Below are positions 10,840-20,959 of a stretch of 64,000 nt of DNA, piece by piece. The notes under the pieces are model-generated. The model saw nothing but the letters and a program-made list of their open reading frames with translations, was not told the origin of the DNA and did not search any database. Position 1 is the stretch's first letter. The number at the start of each line of letters is the position of its first letter. This DNA comes from Andalucia godoyi And28. Lineage: Eukaryota > Protista > Jakobida. The position numbers were made by a program, and so were the translations under genes. The stretch is from positions 303,923-367,922 of the forward strand of contig VRVR01000018.1 in assembly GCA_009859145.1 (NCBI GenBank). Direction: 5' to 3'.

Positions 10840-11073
10840 CGAGACACGAACTTGATCGAATCCATGACTTTTCTCTGACACGCTTTGTCTCGAACTCTGA
10901 CTTCAGCAATTTCAATAAGATAACTCAAAGGTTTCAATTTCGCCTTATTCCATTTTTGTGTCGTTGTTTTTCTTATTTTGCATTTTCTTCGGCTTTCCCC
11001 CCTTTCGTCTGTCTCCTTGTGTTTGCTGTTTCTTCTGTCTCTCGGGCTAGGTGAGATACCCGGTTCTAGGAAA

Positions 11074-11962
11074 ATGCGATTTGTAATTCTTGCAGTTGTT
11101 GTGGTGGCAGTTGCGCTTGCCTCGCAATCGGTTTGCGCTGCAGAAGCTGTGCCGGAAAAGCTCAATCTCGTCAAGTTTTTGGAAGGGTATGTCCATTAGT
11201 TGATTCTGCTATTAATGGTGATAGTGGTTATTATCATGCTTTTTCTGCTCTTCAACTCTCCCATACTTACATGCATTTCTCAGAGAGTGGATTTTCCAGA
11301 AAGTGTTGTTTGATCTTTCGGCGTCCACCGATGACGAGTCGATCATGACGGGGTCCTTGTCATTCTCGCCGGTTTCTGAGTATGCGATTGATGGAGTGTA
11401 CTATGAGAACTCGACTTCTACGTCGTTTGCCAATGTTCGGAAGGTCTCGTTGGCGATGGATTCGGAATCGACCGGTAGTTTCCTGTTTGCACCAGTCGAA
11501 TCCTACGAGTCGATCAAGAAGATCGCGTCTGCCAAAAAGACTCCCGTTGAAAATGCAGATCTGGCGGAGGCGGATGCTGACGCAGATGATGAGGTTCCGT
11601 CGACGAAATGGTTTGACGTGTCCATCGAAAAGGCTCCTGCTGGGCAGTTCTACGTCTCTCGCTCTGGAAATACCATGTTCCGTGTTGTGAGCAATGCTGA
11701 ATTTCTCATGGACACCTTGGAAAATGGGCACCTTGTGTCGATCCATGCATACCGAGTCAATGTCGAAAAGCCAAAGTCGCTTTTCCAAAAGTATATGATG
11801 CCGGGCATGCTCATTTTGTTCTTTGGAATCAACTTGTTTGTCAAGCGAAAGACCGCCGCGTCCGCAGCTCGTCCTGCCGGTACCCCTCGCCGTCCCACTC
11901 CTGCCCCGACTCGCCCTGCTGCCGGTGCTGGAACCGGACTTGCATCTTCCAAGAAGGACTGA
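11074..11962 (+). CDS. Uncharacterised type I membrane protein (signal peptide, lumenal domain, C-terminal TM, basic tail); exons 11074-11186 and 11284-11962
   Basis: Signal peptide MRFVILAVVVVAVALASQSVCAA. Removing the GTATGT...TTTCTCAG intron joins GG+A (Gly) in frame with EWIFQKVLFD... TM segment YMMPGMLILFFGINLFV followed by KRK. Confidence 0.8.
11187..11283 (+). other. Spliceosomal GT-AG intron (97 nt)
   Basis: GTATGT donor, CTTAC branch-like motif, pyrimidine tract and CAG acceptor. Splicing restores the frame between two ORF-track fragments. Confidence 0.8.
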
Positions 11963-12193
11963 AAAAAAAAAATTTCAAAAAAATTCATGAGCTGCTTCTT
12001 TTGTGTATTGCCATGTCTCTCTCTCTCTCTCTCCCTACTTTTTATTACACTGTACGTTTTCACTCGTAAACCATACGGCTCCTATATAATGGGGAAAAGG
12101 AAGCGAAAAAAGAAAAAGAAATTAATTAATTTAAAAAAATGAAGAGCAAATCAAATCAAATCAGAAAAAAAAAAAAAAACGCACATTGACGCC

Positions 12194-14374
12194 CTACAAT
12201 TCTTGATGAGAATCGGAACCGTCTCCGTCGTTCGCAGTGGCGGCCTGACCGGCTTGGGCCTGGGCGGCGGCTTGTTGCTGCTGTTGTTCCTTCAACGCAG
12301 ATCGTGACGTAGTGCCGGGACCGCGATACAGATTATAGTCCTTGTTGCGGAAGCTGGACATGTTGGCTCGCGTGGTCTTCTTGACGGAGCCTCTCTTTTT
12401 CTTCTTTTTCTTTTCTGTTCCATCGTCAGTCCCTTCTTCAGAAGAGGATTCGTCCAGATGCATTTGTGCTATGGCGGCGACATCAAAGCCGTCGAATACC
12501 ACAACTTCGACACGCGACCGACCAATTCGATAAGCCGGAGCAGGCATGAAACACCCACAGTTGCACTGCGCACCAAATGGATTCGCCTTTCCGAGCTTCG
12601 CTTCGCAGTGGGGGCAATCGATCTTGTCATCCTCGCCAACTTCAAAGACGTCATTGAATGCTTCTTCCGAGATGAAAAACGAGTCGCAGTCCAGCGCCTC
12701 CTGGCTCTTTGATCCGGAAGATTTCTTTCCAAAGTCGCGACTTCCTTTCACACCTTGAGAATGCGACAAAACATCAGTTTCGCAAAAAAGAATCTTTCTG
12801 CACATCTTGCATGCGTACTCCAGGGCTTCACGTGTCTGGAGAGCCGGTTTGAGAGCAGACTTTGACGACCCAGCAATCTTGGAATCTTCTGAGTTCTCTG
12901 CAAATTTCGTTCCTTCTTCCTGATCCTCTTCCTGATCCTCCTCCAGCACATCATCCTCACTCGATTCTTGTGTCTTCTTTGTCTTTGTCTTTGTCTGCTG
13001 CTTCTGTTTCTTTGCGGCTACAGCGGGTTCCTCTTCTGAATCATCGTCATTCACTCGAGGCTTGTTTTTTTTCCCTCCCTTCTTGGGCTTCATGGAAGCA
13101 CGAACGTTCTCCGCATCATCATCATCATCACTGTTTGCCGCTGCAGACTTTTTCTTGGCCAAAGCAGCGCTGTCCTCATCATCACTGCTGTCGCCTCGTC
13201 TCTTTCCCTTCTTGTTCTTCTTTTTCTTGTCATTGGCATCTGTGATCGATTCCGTCTTGGCGTCCTTTTCTTTTTCCTTTTCCTCATTCTTCTTCTTGGA
13301 TTTCGACTCCTTTGAAGCCGCCGAATGCGCAACAGCACCCACAGCTTGGGCTGTAGAGGTTGCAACCGAGGCACCCGAGGACGCAGCGCTTCCGGCTGCG
13401 GTTGTCGTCGTCGTTGTCGATGCGAATGACTCTGCTGCTTGAAGTGCCGCATCCTTTGTAGGATCGTACTCGGAAAGACCATAGAATTGGATAGCGTTTT
13501 CCAATGTTGTTGCGGCGATTTGCTTGACGGTCACACCGAGTTTTGCAGCCACGGTTTCCAAAATGTACGGGAAATTGGAGGGTTCGTTTCTGGTTTCTCG
13601 GATGAATGCATCTGGAATGTTCTGTGGCGTGTCAAACGGCGAATTGGACGCCAGCAAGAGCTTCGAAGCAGGGATCCTGGGCAGCAGATCCAGAACGGGA
13701 TGCGGCTTCAGCGGATCGCAGATGACACCGGTGATCATGATGTAGCAATCAAGATCGAGGAACGCCTGAAGCTCCGTTTCGGAGCCCTGAAAGTTGAATA
13801 CTGCCACACTTGGTGCATCTTCCTGGAACAACTCCTTTCCGGCAACAAGCAACTCGACTAATTTTTCGTGTGCAGATGCATGCTGCACGACAACAGGCAG
13901 TCGGATCTCGGTCGCAAGCTTGATCTGCCCCTCGACGCACTTTTCCTGCGCATAATGCGTGGCAAGGTCTCTGGTGAAGTCCAATGCACAATTCATTGCA
14001 ACGGCATGCGAGACCAAGGCATGGTCATGCAGCTCCTCCAGCCACTTGTCAATCTGTTTCTCATTGTTTCGCTTAATATTATCTGGATGGATTCCAACAG
14101 CAGCGTACAGCTCACCAGCATTCAGCTTGCATAGATTGAGCAAATCACCAATCTTTTCAAAATCCGATGTCGACACAATCACAGCGCGCACACCGCTGTT
14201 GCGCGACCGTCGCAGGACTGCTTCCAAGTCACGATCAAACTTCCTGGAAACCAAATTGGCCATGCAGTCAATCATCGATGCATCCGACTCGCATTTGTTC
14301 AGCGACGGAGGATCAAGAGTATACAGCGGCCGCTCGACTGCAGGGCCTGATTCAAGCTTCTTCTGGGCATCCAC
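12194..14374 (-). CDS. TatD-fold pseudo-nuclease + acidic/basic linker + Yvh1/DUSP12-type C-terminal zinc-binding domain (726 aa)
   Basis: N-terminal part aligns colinearly with E. coli TatD as I recall it (MIDCMANL, GIHP, CALDF, ITGVICD, RNEP). C-terminal part YACKMCRKILF...H...CDSFFI...CPHCEAKLG...GAQCNCG...PAYRIGRSRVE matches the DUSP12/Yvh1 zinc domain. Confidence 0.88.
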   Translation of the reverse strand: MDAQKKLESGPAVERPLYTLDPPSLNKCESDASMIDCMANLVSRKFDRDLEAVLRRSRNSGVRAVIVSTSDFEKIGDLLNLCKLNAGELYAAVGIHPDNIKRNNEKQIDKWLEELHDHALVSHAVAMNCALDFTRDLATHYAQEKCVEGQIKLATEIRLPVVVQHASAHEKLVELLVAGKELFQEDAPSVAVFNFQGSETELQAFLDLDCYIMITGVICDPLKPHPVLDLLPRIPASKLLLASNSPFDTPQNIPDAFIRETRNEPSNFPYILETVAAKLGVTVKQIAATTLENAIQFYGLSEYDPTKDAALQAAESFASTTTTTTAAGSAASSGASVATSTAQAVGAVAHSAASKESKSKKKNEEKEKEKDAKTESITDANDKKKKNKKGKRRGDSSDDEDSAALAKKKSAAANSDDDDDAENVRASMKPKKGGKKNKPRVNDDDSEEEPAVAAKKQKQQTKTKTKKTQESSEDDVLEEDQEEDQEEGTKFAENSEDSKIAGSSKSALKPALQTREALEYACKMCRKILFCETDVLSHSQGVKGSRDFGKKSSGSKSQEALDCDSFFISEEAFNDVFEVGEDDKIDCPHCEAKLGKANPFGAQCNCGCFMPAPAYRIGRSRVEVVVFDGFDVAAIAQMHLDESSSEEGTDDGTEKKKKKKRGSVKKTTRANMSSFRNKDYNLYRGPGTTSRSALKEQQQQQAAAQAQAGQAATANDGDGSDSHQEL

Positions 14375-14860
14375 TATCGCTTGCTTGTTCTTTCGAAGAC
14401 TCTTCTTGCCTTCACGACTTCCGCGGCGCTACACACACACACACACACAAACACGCAAACACACAAACACAAGTGCAACACCAATTAAAAAACCCATACA
14501 AATCAGTAATTTCCCTTTTGAATAAAATGGCTGAACACAACCTAACTTGAAAGCAATTTAAACAACACTTTTGCCCAGGAATGATGCAAAACAAAAGGCC
14601 CGCAGTCGGGAAAGTGCATACATCTACTTGGAACATGACGGTCAATTTCTCTACTTGGTGCTGGGCAATAATCAAAGGAAACGGGAAGAGAGAAAGCGAG
14701 GAAGCGAGAAGAAAGGTACAAAAAAGAAAACCTGAAAGACCGGATGTGAGGTTGAAGGACTGAAACGCACGCCCTTTTTCGCGGGGTTCCTCCAGTCGTA
14801 TGGGGTTGGAGGGTATAGATAGAACAAAATGAGAATGACATGCGGAGGCCTCACATGAAG

Positions 14861-14933
14861 TGCCCCATCGTCTAGTTGGTTAGGACATAAGACTCTGAAT
14901 CTTAGGGCCACGGTTCGAATCCGTGTGGGGCAA
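14861..14933 (+). tRNA. tRNA-Gln(CUG), copy 1
   Basis: Acceptor stem TGCCCCA/TGGGGCA. D arm GTCT-AGTTGGTT-AGGAC. Anticodon arm TAAGA-CT CTG AA-TCTTA. T arm CACGG-TTCGAAT-CCGTG. T-run terminator downstream. Confidence 0.96.
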
Positions 14934-14939
14934 AAGCTC

Positions 14940-14947
14940 TTTTTTTT
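14940..14947 (+). terminator. Pol III oligo(T) terminator of tRNA-Gln copy 1
   Basis: T8 run 6 nt after the discriminator base. Confidence 0.8.
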
Positions 14948-15592
14948 GTTCTTTGGTCTTCCTTTTGCCGCCGATCTACGACAGCGGCGAAGCGTCCGTT
15001 CTTTTGCAATCTTCTGGTCGCTCCCTTTCCATAATGCAATTAACTGACGGCCTTCGTTGGCAGCAGTCATTAAGCTGGAGTGTTGGCAACCATGCATTCA
15101 TTGCTGCGAAATTTACAGGCTGAAAAGTTGTGGATCAATTTGTCGCTGTGAACATCGATTCTCTCTGGCTCTCTCCTCACCCACACACACGCACACACGT
15201 ATCGTCTGCTGCATGCCGGTTTGTCGCGAGCCGAACCCCCGCTGCGCACTCCACGGTCAACAGTCAACAGCCCTCGCACGGGAGGGAGGAGGGAGAAAGA
15301 GGGAGGGGAGGGGAGGAGGGGTTCGACAAGCAAAGCCCCAAATCGGGCATTCTTTTGGAATTGTCAATCCGAAATCCCAGCTGCCAAGATGTTCTTGGAA
15401 GCTTCGCCGTCAGAGCAAAAAAGAAAAAAGAAAACAGCAAAAGACCGGGGGGAACAGAGGGAAAACCGCCCACGGTCATCACACAAACCCCGGGAGCGCA
15501 TAGGAGCAAACCCGTTTTTGCATGCATGGTCCGTCGTTCTCAAAGACCTGGGGGCGTCGTCCTTGAAGAATAAAGACGCACCAAGCAAAGCA

Positions 15593-16204
15593 CTAAGCAG
15601 CGCATTTCTTGCAGAGGATGAAATAGTCGTATTTCCTGGCTTCCAACGGGTTCTTTTTCAGCACAATGTCTGGAGACGTCTCGTCGATTTCATATCCAAG
15701 TTTCGCATAAAACTCGCGCGCAGACTTGTTGTGGTAAAAAACAGTGAGGAGGACCCTGCTTCGGCATGGCGTGCGCAGAGCAATCTGTTCGACGCAGCGC
15801 ATCAGCATGGATCCCAAGCCCTTTCTCTCAAACGCCTGCGCAACCTGCACTTCATACACGTACACGCATTCTTCCGCAGGTTCATAGTCGTCTTCGTGCG
15901 TGAATCGAAATGCAGCGAATGCCACGAGAACGCTGTCGTGGAAGGCAAGAATGAGGCGGTGATCGGGATGCACCATTTCTCGGCGCTTCTTCTTCGCATT
16001 CCAACCCCAGGAGGACTGCTGGTACAGCGACCGCATGTTATCGCCCGTCAGCTTCATCACGGCGTCCAACACACCGGCGCTCATCGTCTTTCCGTGCTCA
16101 AACTGCACCGAATAGCCACGACTGTTGCTGCCTGCCCATTGAGAAAGCTCATGCTGTGCAAGCGCCGCGATGTCAGATGGCTCTCGGAGCTTCGTTGTCG
16201 ACAT
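15593..16204 (-). CDS. NAA40: N-alpha-acetyltransferase 40 (NatD, GNAT family)
   Basis: NMRSLYQQSSWGWNAKKKRREM...FAAFRF...VYVYEVQV...RKGLG...VLLTVF...N...FYAKLGYEIDETSP. Confidence 0.92.
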   Translation of the reverse strand: MSTTKLREPSDIAALAQHELSQWAGSNSRGYSVQFEHGKTMSAGVLDAVMKLTGDNMRSLYQQSSWGWNAKKKRREMVHPDHRLILAFHDSVLVAFAAFRFTHEDDYEPAEECVYVYEVQVAQAFERKGLGSMLMRCVEQIALRTPCRSRVLLTVFYHNKSAREFYAKLGYEIDETSPDIVLKKNPLEARKYDYFILCKKCAA

Positions 16205-16894
16205 TGTTTTTTTTTTTTTTTTGGCTTTCTTTCTTGCTCCCCCTTAATCCACGAAGAAAACACCAATCAATGCATGCCAAACACACGAGCCAGATAGTAA
16301 ACACTGTTCGTAGTCCATATCCTTGTCTCAAGTCTCTCCATTAAAGGCGCGGAATGGAATGTCCTTCCTGTGTGTGTGTGCATTTGGAGGAAAAGGCCGC
16401 CGTTTCCAAACCCCCGCCTTGGAAGCACGGGGGAGCTGGAGATCCGCATTTCCGCAAAAAGGATAGACTGAGCAGATTCGGCAATCGTAGTGTCATCATC
16501 CGTTAATCCTGACTGCCGTTGATGCTTTCTCCCGCCAGTCCTGCTTCTACGACAGCCCAACGGCCCAACGCTTCGAAACGAGTTTTGCTCATACGCTGGT
16601 GGGCCGCGTCCCTGGGAGTCATAGCGAACGTCAAGAATCCGTGTTCTTGTGGAATCCCCAAATGGCCTGATTACAACGTTGTAAGGCATCTTTTTGAAAG
16701 TTTCCTTCCCACCCTCCTCTGCGAATCTCCCACTTACTTTTCCACTTCTCCCTCTGATAAGTTTTCGTTTCCTTTCTTTCCCTCTTCTATCTTTTCCCGT
16801 TCTCTTCTCTTTTCTCCTGTTCTTATTATTTTGTTTTAATTCTTTGTTGTTATCCCGTATCCTCTCCGAGCAGTGCGTTCCCCACACAGTTGCA

Positions 16895-17155
16895 ATGGAT
16901 CCTCTCATGTTCAGCCCAGCTACGTCCGTTGCCTTTGAAAGACTAAGCTCGAGTCCAAGCCAGTCCAGCCTCTTAATAGTACGGCGCAATCGGACGTCCT
17001 CGTTCATGAAGAGAAGGTCCATTCGGTTCAACCCGGTCGTTTGGATGTTCAAGTACGAGCCAGAAGGCATGCAGCACTCAAGCGAAGTCTGCAATCTACA
17101 ACAAGGCGGACATACTACTAGAGCCACGACAACTTCAGCATCCGTGAACGTGTAA
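16895..17155 (+). CDS. Putative small disordered protein (86 aa) with RVxF-like PP1-docking motif
   Basis: ATG follows a pyrimidine-rich leader like those of other genes here. Ser/Thr-rich sequence with KRRSIRFNPVVWMFKY. No homology evidence. Confidence 0.45.
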   Translation: MDPLMFSPATSVAFERLSSSPSQSSLLIVRRNRTSSFMKRRSIRFNPVVWMFKYEPEGMQHSSEVCNLQQGGHTTRATTTSASVNV

Positions 17156-17380
17156 CGGCGCTGAACAGAAGAAGGAAATACGAAAATTGTATTCATCTCA
17201 TTCTGCTACATATGCAGCAAGATTCAGGCTTGCTTTCTTTTTGGGGAGGGTTTTTGTTTAACGAGCCAAGTGTCACAATGTATCATATTAATAATTAAAT
17301 TATTTTTTAAAAAAAAGAATGTCAACGGAGCGCAAGAGAATTTGAATTTTCTTCCCAAAGGTTTACTACTACTCATACGA

Positions 17381-19114
17381 CTACTGATGAATTCTGCAAA
17401 TTGGGTTCGATCGAATCTTTCCAATGTCCTGTTTGTGTCCCAAGAGATCTCGGATGTTGTCGATTTCGTACAGAATCATGGTGGGTCGCTCCAGCGAAAG
17501 ACCCCACGCAACGACCTTCACGTCGGCCGGGAGGCCCATTGGCAGCAACATTTCCGGTCGAAAGACACCCGAGTTCCCAATTTCAACCCAGCGCTTCAGC
17601 TGTGGATGGAATCCAAAGATCTCCATCGACGGCTCTGTGTAAGGATTGTAGGCCGGTTTGAAGCGGACGTTGTGGATACCGATTTTCGAGAAGAACTGCT
17701 TGATCACACCCATCAGAGTTCCGAGATTGATCTTGTTGTCGACAACCATGCCCTCCACTTGATGGAACTCGCACAAGTGGGTCGCATCCATCATTTCGTT
17801 TCGGAACACACGATCAATCGAAAAGAACTTGCGCGGTTGAAACTCCACGGTCTTTCCAGCCTTGGTGCATTCCGCCTTCCAGTCGTCGGCCAATCGCTTG
17901 AGCACACGTGAAGAAACTGCCGTGGTATGTGTACGCAAAACATTCTTTGAAGCCTCCTCCTGCCTCCAGTTGTATCGGTATCCAATAGACCCATATCCAC
18001 CCTTTTCGTGGACGTCCTTCACTCTTTGCACATAAGCATCGTCCATCACAATGGCGGGCTTGTCGTCCTCCGACTGCTTCTTGGTCTTGTCTGCAGGACC
18101 CAAGCGGTCCATGGAGGGCATCAACGGCGAGAGGGTGAGCGCCGGGGCAGTCGCTGGATCGGACAGGAAGAACGTGTCGTGTGCATCACGCGCAGGATGT
18201 TGTTGCGGCTGGAACAGCGCATCGAAGTTCCAAAAGGAAGACTCTACAAACGCATTCGTGGGCATTTCCTCGAATCCAAGTTCCAGGAAGATTTCTCGGA
18301 ACTGTGCGCGAACCTTCAGCAACGGATGCAAGCAGCCACCAGCAGGAGGCTGGCCAGACGCGGCGAAGTTGTACGGTTTAAACTCTGCGGTCTTCCACGA
18401 ACCTGTCGCAATCATCTGCGGCGTCAAATCAAGCTCCAGCTTCTTTCGCTCAAGTGCGAATTCTGCACCTTTTGTGATGGAAAAGAACTTCTTCGTTGAC
18501 AGCTGCACAAGCTTTCGCTTCTTCAGCGAGTCAAGCACTTTAGCATCCACGGCATCCTGGGATCCGTTCTCCTGGATCTTCAGCAGCGCGCTCTTTGTTT
18601 GGTCCTCAAGAGAAATATCCGCTGCACACTGAACCATAACAGTATCCGTCGACGTCTTCTTTTCCTTCTTCTTCTGCTTGTCCGTGCCATCCGCAGCAGG
18701 TTCGACAGCAGGTGCGTCGGCTGGTGCGTTTGGGTTTGGGACGGTAAATGTTGAGAGCCATTTGTTTCGCAGAGCAGCAGCAAGACCGAACTTGCCAATT
18801 TCTCCCAGTTTTGCATTGATTTCGTCCACAGAAATCTTGTGTTCCGGGCTTGCATGCACGAACGACAGCACGCGAGCTTCGGGAGACCCGTCCTTTGCAT
18901 AGGAGGATCCTTCGGATGTAAGCTCGAGGGCCGTTGAAGACTCGAGCGTAGTCGCGACCATCTGTGCTGTTTCAAGCGATTTCAGCGTCCCAACAAGTGC
19001 TTCGTGAGAAACCGACAGTAAAGCTGCATACGCCAAGGAACTCGCGATCTTGGAATTCGACTGCAGATCATGCAACAATCGCTGCTCGATGGCCTCAGAC
19101 GTTAGCGATGACAT
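17381..19114 (-). CDS. FARSA: Cytosolic phenylalanyl-tRNA synthetase alpha subunit
   Basis: HPLLKVR...[36 protein letters not shown]; LRTHTTAVS; [22 protein letters not shown]; [14 protein letters not shown]; [11 protein letters not shown]. First ATG at 19114. Confidence 0.98.
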   Translation of the reverse strand: MSSLTSEAIEQRLLHDLQSNSKIASSLAYAALLSVSHEALVGTLKSLETAQMVATTLESSTALELTSEGSSYAKDGSPEARVLSFVHASPEHKISVDEINAKLGEIGKFGLAAALRNKWLSTFTVPNPNAPADAPAVEPAADGTDKQKKKEKKTSTDTVMVQCAADISLEDQTKSALLKIQENGSQDAVDAKVLDSLKKRKLVQLSTKKFFSITKGAEFALERKKLELDLTPQMIATGSWKTAEFKPYNFAASGQPPAGGCLHPLLKVRAQFREIFLELGFEEMPTNAFVESSFWNFDALFQPQQHPARDAHDTFFLSDPATAPALTLSPLMPSMDRLGPADKTKKQSEDDKPAIVMDDAYVQRVKDVHEKGGYGSIGYRYNWRQEEASKNVLRTHTTAVSSRVLKRLADDWKAECTKAGKTVEFQPRKFFSIDRVFRNEMMDATHLCEFHQVEGMVVDNKINLGTLMGVIKQFFSKIGIHNVRFKPAYNPYTEPSMEIFGFHPQLKRWVEIGNSGVFRPEMLLPMGLPADVKVVAWGLSLERPTMILYEIDNIRDLLGHKQDIGKIRSNPICRIHQ

Positions 19115-19891
19115 TTTTCTGTTTTCTTCTGTTTTCAACCTTTTTTCTCCGTGCCTTGTACTCCAGCACTATCCAACAAACACAAGAAGCAGATAAAGAC
19201 GAGAGAACCAGGAGGTATAAAAAGGAAAGGAAAAGAAAAGAAAAAGAAAAGAAAAGAGGAGACAAAGAAGAAGAAGAAGAAAAATAATGCTGAATCTAAT
19301 TGATGTGTTTTGGACGTCCTTTAATCTTGGTTTTTCGCATTTTATTTTTTTGGTGTCCAATTGTTTAAAGTGGAGCATCAATCGCAATTTTAGAAAAAAG
19401 TCGTGTCTCGGGTTTTATTTATTTTATGTTTTGTTTTGCTTTTGTCGATTCGTAATCGTCGAAGACGCATCTTCGTTTTTCCCTTTTCCGTTCCTCCTTT
19501 TTGTTTTTATTATTATTATATATATATATATATATTTTTTTTTCTTCTTCTGAAGTCGTGCTCCCTGCGTAAGATGTTGCTCTCTGGGCGTGTTTGTACA
19601 CTTCGATTGCGCTCGTCCTGCGGATAATGGACGGGGTGGAGTCCAGTCGTTTTTCCTGTCATCCGCTCTCAGCAGGCAGTCCCACCGCGAGCTCTGTTGA
19701 TGATGAAGGCCAATTCCTTCAGCAATAGGATTCGTCTGCTCACGGTATCCTACAAAAAGAAAACACCCACCTAAACAATACCAGCTCGTCCATTTTTGTC
19801 TCCCTCTTCTCTTCTTATTGTTATTCTTGTTTCTTATTATTATTCTTGTTCTTTTCCTTTTTTTATGACATCATGACGACGAACGTTGTTG

Positions 19892-20362
19892 TTATTCTTC
19901 GTCCCAAGTAGCTTCTACGATCTCCTTTACTCGGCGTTCATACTCGTCCTTGTTCGAGGAGTAGAGCTGTGCAGCCTCTGAATTTGCGGGCGACGCAGGA
20001 TTTGGATCTGCCAGAAGTGAGCGGATCGACGTTAGAATAGCCGACACATCATATATAGGCGACCACATATTTTGGAGGATATCCAGACATATTCTGCCGT
20101 CATTGTAGATGTTTGGATGAAACATTTTAGATAGAAACTTGACCTCGGGAGGCTTTTGTGGGTAGGATTCCGAAAAGGAAAGCGAAAGCTTAAACGTGCC
20201 GTCTTCCCAAATTGTGCCGGATGGCCCAAACATCACTGCAGACCACTTCATAACATCTGCCTCTTCGGGGGATGCAGAATACCCTGCCTCGTGAGGATCC
20301 TGTGTCTCCTTTTTCAGGTTCATGAAGTCTCGCATGAGTCGACGCCGTGCCGGAGTTGTCAT
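19892..20362 (-). CDS. RAD6: Ubiquitin-conjugating enzyme E2 RAD6/UBC2
   Basis: [13 protein letters not shown]...[53 protein letters not shown] at 20362; the upstream ORF-track extension reads through (CA)n. Confidence 0.97.
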   Translation of the reverse strand: MTTPARRRLMRDFMNLKKETQDPHEAGYSASPEEADVMKWSAVMFGPSGTIWEDGTFKLSLSFSESYPQKPPEVKFLSKMFHPNIYNDGRICLDILQNMWSPIYDVSAILTSIRSLLADPNPASPANSEAAQLYSSNKDEYERRVKEIVEATWDEE

Positions 20363-20394
20363 TTCCTTCGATTCGTGCTTTCTCTGTGCGTGCT

Positions 20395-20397
<3 letters not shown>

Positions 20398-20435
<38 letters not shown>
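20398..20435. repeat. (GT)19 microsatellite in the RAD6 5' leader region
   Basis: Direct reading of the sequence. Confidence 0.95.
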
Positions 20436-20440
<5 letters not shown>

Positions 20441-20959
20441 TCCTCGGTCTGTTTGTTCTCTTTCTTTTTTTCCTGAACACCTCTCGTCACTTTGTGATGC
20501 GCGAACAGTCTCTGCGAAATTTCCCAAAAAAAAGCCGGGGGGAAGAAGAGATAAAAAAGACAAAGAGAAGACAAAGAGAAGAGAAAATAGAAGAAGAAAA
20601 TGAGAAAAAAGAAGAGAAGGGGAAAAAAAAAGGCGGGCACGCAAAACCAGTCCCATCATCCTCTTCAGCCCCGGTGTCACACTTGAGGCGTCTTCCACAA
20701 AGTCCGAAACTCTGCGATTCTCGTTTTGAATGACGTCAGTCAACGTGAGTCTGCGTGGCCGTGGGGAGGTTACGACAGCTTTAATTCGGTCGCTATTCGA
20801 TTCAGCCGCCGGGCATCACAGGCATCATTGCTCCGACTTTGGAGGTTTTAAAGAAAGAGCATTCAACACTATTCAGCGGTCCATTGGTATTTCGAAAGCA
20901 AGCATCCGGACAGAAGAATATTATAATAATAATATATTTTTGAAAAACAAAAGGAGCGG

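Noticed and set aside
10639-10881. N-terminal extension of SBDS in the ORF track (SLSLSL...)
   Set aside because: It is translation of the (CT)36 microsatellite; SBDS homology starts at MAQHFTP (10638). The same artefact affects the RAD6, ATG101, cyclase, GMC and 25875 ORF starts.
14893-14899. tRNA as a stop-codon suppressor indicating a variant genetic code
   Set aside because: The anticodon is CUG (reads CAG), and TAA, TAG and TGA all terminate well-conserved genes in this window at the expected positions.
15000-15590. Complex intergenic sequence and the 358 aa plus-strand ORF 15221-16297
   Set aside because: The ORF is mostly antisense to NAA40 and otherwise low complexity. I found no RNA family motif.
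16267-17196. 309 aa minus-strand ORF
   Set aside because: It crosses a purine-rich simple-sequence tract, has no recognisable motif and is antisense to the better-supported small plus-strand ORF.
19560-19790. Possible tiny spliced gene (MDEL|DTVSRRILLLKEL...) or C-box TGATGA downstream of RAD6
   Set aside because: It would need a 32 nt intron, much shorter than the others here, and would give only 30 aa. No D box is correctly placed for a snoRNA.
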